Assembly: GCA_052033375.1 (NCBI GenBank) | Contig: JBPOJQ010000013.1 | Location: 2,255-66,254, forward strand | Origin: Candidatus Magasanikiibacteriota bacterium | GTDB taxonomy: Bacteria > Patescibacteriota > Patescibacteriia > Magasanikbacterales > UBA922 | Direction: 5' to 3' | DNA length: 64,000 nt | In this document: positions 60,385 through 64,000 of the stretch, in pieces | Numbering within the stretch: the stretch's first letter is position 1 | How the letters are laid out: every line of letters starts with the position of its first letter | Notes under the pieces: generated by a model | What the model saw: the letters and a program-made list of their open reading frames with translations, nothing else | Told to the model about the DNA's origin: nothing | Databases searched by the model: none | Position numbers and translations under genes: made by a program

Positions 60385-60612
60385 CTCCAGCCGCCGTCGC
60401 AATGATACCTATACGGCCATCGCGACGGCACTACACAAAAACAGCCCTCTGAATAGAGAGCTGTTTTTGTGTAATCCTGCTAGGTCGTGCCATTCTGAGC
60501 GACCCCGAGCGTAGTCGAGGGGGAGTCGAAGGGAAGGATCCCCTGCACTATACAAGTCTTATTTTAAACAAGGGATTCCTCGACCCACCTGTAGGACTCG
60601 ATCGGAATGACA

Positions 60613-61344
60613 CTATCGAGCAGTCGTATATACCTCTTTGACATCATCAAGTTCATACAACGCTTCAACCAAAGCACCCAATACTTCTGATTGTTCGGGA
60701 GACAGCTCCATTGTTTCCTTTGCCATCCACTCAAGGCTCGCACTATCGGGACTAATCCCTGCCGTGTGAAGTACTTCTGACATTGCTTGAAATTTTTCTT
60801 TTGGCCCGACGAGCTCTACCCCATTCTCGCTTTCCCGAATATCATCAACTCCTGCGTCCATAAGCGCAAGTTCTAGCTCTTCCCAGTTTTTTATTTCTAC
60901 CTTTTTTTCAGCGCTAATACGAAGCACTGCTTTGTATTCAAATTGCCACGCAACCGCGCCTTTACTTCCCAATGATCCACCAATTTTGGTAAATGCATTT
61001 TTAATTTCGGTAAGTGCGCGATTGGTATTATCCGTGACTGATTCAATCAGCATTGCAACTCCGCCTGGTCCATATCCTTCATATACCAACTCTTGCAACG
61101 CAATACCATCTTTCAATTCTCCTGTTCCTTTCTTGATTGCTCGATCAATATTATCTTTCGGCATATTCACTTCCTTTGCCTTATCAATTGCGAGACGAAG
61201 TGAAAAATTCATTGCAGGATCCCCACCACCATTCTGTGCTGCAATGGTAATTGCCTTTGAGACTTTGGTAAATGCATGTGCCTTTGCCTTATCTGCTTTT
61301 CCCTTTTTCCCTTGTATATTGTGCCATTTTGAGTGACCGGACAT
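60613..61344 (-). CDS. yebC: YebC/PmpR-family DNA-binding transcriptional regulator
   Basis: The N-terminus is MSGHSKWHNIQGKKGKADKAKAHAFTK. Confidence 0.92.
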   Translation of the reverse strand: MSGHSKWHNIQGKKGKADKAKAHAFTKVSKAITIAAQNGGGDPAMNFSLRLAIDKAKEVNMPKDNIDRAIKKGTGELKDGIALQELVYEGYGPGGVAMLIESVTDNTNRALTEIKNAFTKIGGSLGSKGAVAWQFEYKAVLRISAEKKVEIKNWEELELALMDAGVDDIRESENGVELVGPKEKFQAMSEVLHTAGISPDSASLEWMAKETMELSPEQSEVLGALVEALYELDDVKEVYTTAR

Positions 61345-61467
61345 ATAAATTTATTCAAAAGTATATACACGATAACACGAAAATATAAGCTTTTCAAGCT
61401 TGTTGCCCGATATAATCTATAATGGTATACTCCCGCATATTAACGTACTATATACACATTATTATCT

Positions 61468-61731
61468 ATGGATAAAATAACACTGCTTGGACTTGTAGCT
61501 GCTATTTGTACCACGATCTCATACTTGCCTCAGGCGATAAAAACCATACAGACTAAAGAGGTAAAAAATATATCTCTTATCATGTATTCAATTCTTACTT
61601 TTGGTGTACTGTTATGGCTTATTTACGGCATTTTTATCAAGAATACTCCTGTAATTTTGGCGAATGGAATCACCTTTATTTTTGTTGCGACCACTCTTGT
61701 ATTGGTGATTAAGTACAAAAATAAGTCGTAA
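61468..61731 (+). CDS. SemiSWEET (single MtN3/PQ-loop triple-helix-bundle sugar transporter)
   Basis: 87 aa with three TMs. TTISYLPQAIKTIQTKEVKNISLIMY is the PQ motif. Confidence 0.8.
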   Translation: MDKITLLGLVAAICTTISYLPQAIKTIQTKEVKNISLIMYSILTFGVLLWLIYGIFIKNTPVILANGITFIFVATTLVLVIKYKNKS

Positions 61732-61797
61732 TTGTACCTCTTTACAAATTACCTACTCTGAGCTAGGATACTACCCATACCTAATGTATAAATTTTT

Positions 61798-62337
61798 ATG
61801 GAAAATCAAAACGCATGGCATTCAGTATCAATTGGAGAAAAATCTCCAGAAGTAGTCAACGCAATTATTGAAATCTCAAAAGGAAGTAAAGGAAAATTTG
61901 AACTCGACAAAGATTCAGGATTAATCAAACTTGATCGTGTTCTCTTCTCAGCAGTACACTACCCTACCAACTACGGATTCATCCCCCAAACTTATTGCGA
62001 TGATGGAGATCCATTGGACATTCTCGTTCTCACGACTGTCGATCTTCCATCTCTTTGTCTCGTAGAGGCGCGTGTAGTCGGTGTTATGGGAATGATTGAT
62101 GGTGGCGAGGGAGACGACAAAATCATCGCGGTTGCAAAGGATGACCCAAACATGAAACATATTAATGAATTGGAAGATCTGCCTCAGCATACACTCGATG
62201 AGATCAAACAGTTCTTCGAAGAATATAAGAAGCTCGAAAAGAAAACAGTCGAAGTAAAAGGATTTGAAGGAAAGAAACGAGCACTTGCGGTAGTAGAAGA
62301 AAGCATTGCACTCTATCAGAAGACATTCAAAAAATAA
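61798..62337 (+). CDS. ppa: Inorganic pyrophosphatase (family I)
   Basis: [10 protein letters not shown] and the KIIAV motif are present. Length 179 aa. Confidence 0.92.
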   Translation: MENQNAWHSVSIGEKSPEVVNAIIEISKGSKGKFELDKDSGLIKLDRVLFSAVHYPTNYGFIPQTYCDDGDPLDILVLTTVDLPSLCLVEARVVGVMGMIDGGEGDDKIIAVAKDDPNMKHINELEDLPQHTLDEIKQFFEEYKKLEKKTVEVKGFEGKKRALAVVEESIALYQKTFKK

Positions 62338-62349
62338 TACCACTCACAC

Positions 62350-62378
62350 AATACCCCCTGGCATCAGGGGGTATTTAT
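62350..62378 (+). terminator. Terminator of ppa
   Basis: ATACCCCCTG-GCAT-CAGGGGGTATTTAT. Confidence 0.75.
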
Positions 62379-62909
62379 ATAGTATCCGCTATAGACGTGA
62401 TTGCACTCCGACGAATATACAAAATAAAAAAAACTGCCAATTCAAAGACAGTTGTATACAGATGTGGCAGCGCCGGCCGTAGGAGTCCTACAGCCGGCGT
62501 CCGTCGCGTCTACCCGGCGACGACGTGCAAGATCAGGGCTACCAGGCCTGCGTACACCGCGAGGCCAAAGACACCCTTCGCACAGGTCTTCACCACCAGA
62601 CGCGCGAAATCGAACTGGTTCAGAAACATCCGCTCCCCCTCTCGTTGGTTGATCACCCAGTCCTCCCAACACAGTTGTTGGGACACAGCACAGTACCACA
62701 AAAAGGGTGTTTTGTCAATAGTTCTACTCACGGAAAAACAATAAAAAACGCTATAATTAGCTAAATTTTACAGACACTACCTATTTTCAAAATAGACAGA
62801 TATTAGAGTGGATCTCCTACTCTCTAGAGAAAAGCTCAGCACAATTCCAAAAGCTGTGCCTGTGCACATGCCGACCTATCTGATGCTGACAGTTTGACTG
62901 ATGAGTAAA

Positions 62910-62940
62910 AAAAGACCCCTACAATAGGGGTCTTTTAACA
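62910..62940 (-). terminator. Terminator of rpoC
   Basis: The minus strand reads AAAAGACCCCTATTGTAGGGGTCTTTTTTT. Confidence 0.75.
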
Positions 62941-62952
62941 CATGTAGCACTA

Positions 62953-64000
62953 CTAGTTCATCGCTTCTGCTTCTACTTCTTCTTTTTCTTGAACCAGTTG
63001 GATAGCTTGATCTACCGTGCCTGTCCCAGCAGGAATAAGGCGTCCGATAATCACATTCTCTTTCAATCCTTCCAAATGATCCATCTTTCCTGTAATTGCT
63101 GCATTTACCAAGACACGGGATGTTTCCTGGAAAGACGCACTAGAGAGGAAGCTCTGGGTGGTAAGTGAAATTTTACTAATACCCATGAGCATATCCCGCC
63201 CTCGAGCAATTTTCTGTTTATGTTTCAGTGCATCAGCATTTGCAATCATGAGCTGTGAACGCTCCACAATTTCTCCCGGAATCAATTCAGTATCACCAGT
63301 ATCTTCGATAAACACACGAGAGAACATCTGTTTGATGATAATTTCAATATGTTTATCATTCAAGCGCTGACCCTGTGAAGCATAGATTTCTTGAATTTCT
63401 TTTAAGATATATCGTTTTACCGCATCCTGACCTTTGAGATCGAATAATTCTTTCAAATCAATTGCTCCTTCAGTCAATTGGTCACCTTTTTCTACCGCAT
63501 CATTATTCTTCACCCACAATTTATATCCTAGCGGTACAATATATTCTTTGGTTGTCTTGCCATCATAAATATAGTGAAGTTTCATGCCATTGATAGACAC
63601 TTTTCCATCAAATTCAGCTTTGATTTCTTCACCTGAAGCTCCACGAATAATGAGTGTGTCACCTGCTGAAACTTTTTGTCCTTCTGCAAATTTTACATCA
63701 TCCTCACCATGAATATCATATACAATCTCATCAATTCCATCATGATGAATTTTGATAATCTTTTGTCCACGGCGACCTTCAAAGATTTTTCGTCCTGTTG
63801 GCCCCATCACCACTTTTCCGTCAGCATCTTCAATTTCAACAGTGCCTGCAACCTCTGAAAGCAATGCTTTTCGTTTTGGCATGCGGGCTTCAAATAATTC
63901 TTCTACCCGAGGAAGACCCTGTGTAATATCTCCACCAGCAACTCCACCAAGGTGGAATGTACGCATGGTGAGCTGTGTACCCGGTTCTCCGATAGACTGT
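62953..64000 (-). CDS. rpoC: DNA-directed RNA polymerase subunit beta-prime, C-terminal portion (gene continues beyond the window end)
   Basis: MRTFHLGGVAGGDITQGLPRVEELFEAR is a conserved rpoC segment. The frame stays open to position 64000. Confidence 0.9.
   Translation of the reverse strand, partial: QSIGEPGTQLTMRTFHLGGVAGGDITQGLPRVEELFEARMPKRKALLSEVAGTVEIEDADGKVVMGPTGRKIFEGRRGQKIIKIHHDGIDEIVYDIHGEDDVKFAEGQKVSAGDTLIIRGASGEEIKAEFDGKVSINGMKLHYIYDGKTTKEYIVPLGYKLWVKNNDAVEKGDQLTEGAIDLKELFDLKGQDAVKRYILKEIQEIYASQGQRLNDKHIEIIIKQMFSRVFIEDTGDTELIPGEIVERSQLMIANADALKHKQKIARGRDMLMGISKISLTTQSFLSSASFQETSRVLVNAAITGKMDHLEGLKENVIIGRLIPAGTGTVDQAIQLVQEKEEVEAEAMN

Noticed and set aside
59992-60402. 136-aa minus-strand ORF in the GC-rich ruvC-yebC insert
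   Set aside because: High GC inflates ORF length in all frames. This one is low-complexity and fully antisense to the better-supported plus ORF. It is most likely spurious.
62397-62744. 115-aa Arg-rich plus-strand ORF after ppa
   Set aside because: It starts inside or after the ppa terminator. It is a translation of GC-rich hairpin DNA (Arg/Pro/Ala-rich) with no SD.

Overview
The window looks like a stretch of a small, low-GC (about 38-40%) bacterial chromosome. Most genes sit on the minus strand in tight, often overlapping operons with weak or absent Shine-Dalgarno sequences. Gene content (a GT4-rich polysaccharide cluster, a four-helix-bundle protein, SemiSWEET/PQ-loop transporters, giant surface proteins) fits a Patescibacteria/CPR-like or other reduced-genome symbiont. 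That placement is inference only. Long intact ORFs argue against a UGA-recoding genetic code.

Layout along the window:
- 1..8309: a giant Cys-rich secreted or surface protein (at least 2548 aa, C-terminus off-window) co-transcribed with a small Asp-repeat membrane protein.
- 8371..11967: housekeeping genes ksgA, tsaC, rpmF, nusB, rnc, then tRNA-Lys, tRNA-Arg and a terminator.
- 12154..22559: a cell-envelope and polysaccharide cluster. It holds a DUF1653 protein, a large surface protein, a CCHC-zinc-knuckle membrane protein, three GT4 glycosyltransferases, a four-helix-bundle protein and a WbaP-like sugar transferase.
- 22651..36700: tRNA-Leu followed by a mosaic accessory region. It includes an AT-rich SEC-C protein, a serine-recombinase Zn-ribbon remnant, two paralogous anchored secreted proteins that share a duplicated 80-bp promoter repeat, an HExxH protein, an NPPY methyltransferase, MOSC, PQ-loop proteins, an RPH-like PEP-utilising enzyme, a rhodanese protein, and several high-GC patches with strong Shine-Dalgarno sites.
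- 37408..42046: lipid kinase, bactofilin, a SET-domain protein co-transcribed with a sensor histidine kinase, and a PRMT-like methyltransferase.
- 42056..49738: a PQ-loop paralog, VKOR, argS, tyrS, a thioredoxin-like protein, and valS carrying an inserted histidine-phosphatase domain.
- 49925..59836: a DHH phosphoesterase, a glycolytic block (two tandem gpmI, eno, a SIMPL protein, pgk, gap) and ruvC.
- 59840..64000: a high-GC cassette between ruvC and yebC, then yebC, a SemiSWEET, ppa, a structured GC-rich intergenic region, and the 3' end of rpoC.

No CRISPR array, rRNA gene or intact transposase was seen. Coordinates may be off by 1-2 nt in places.
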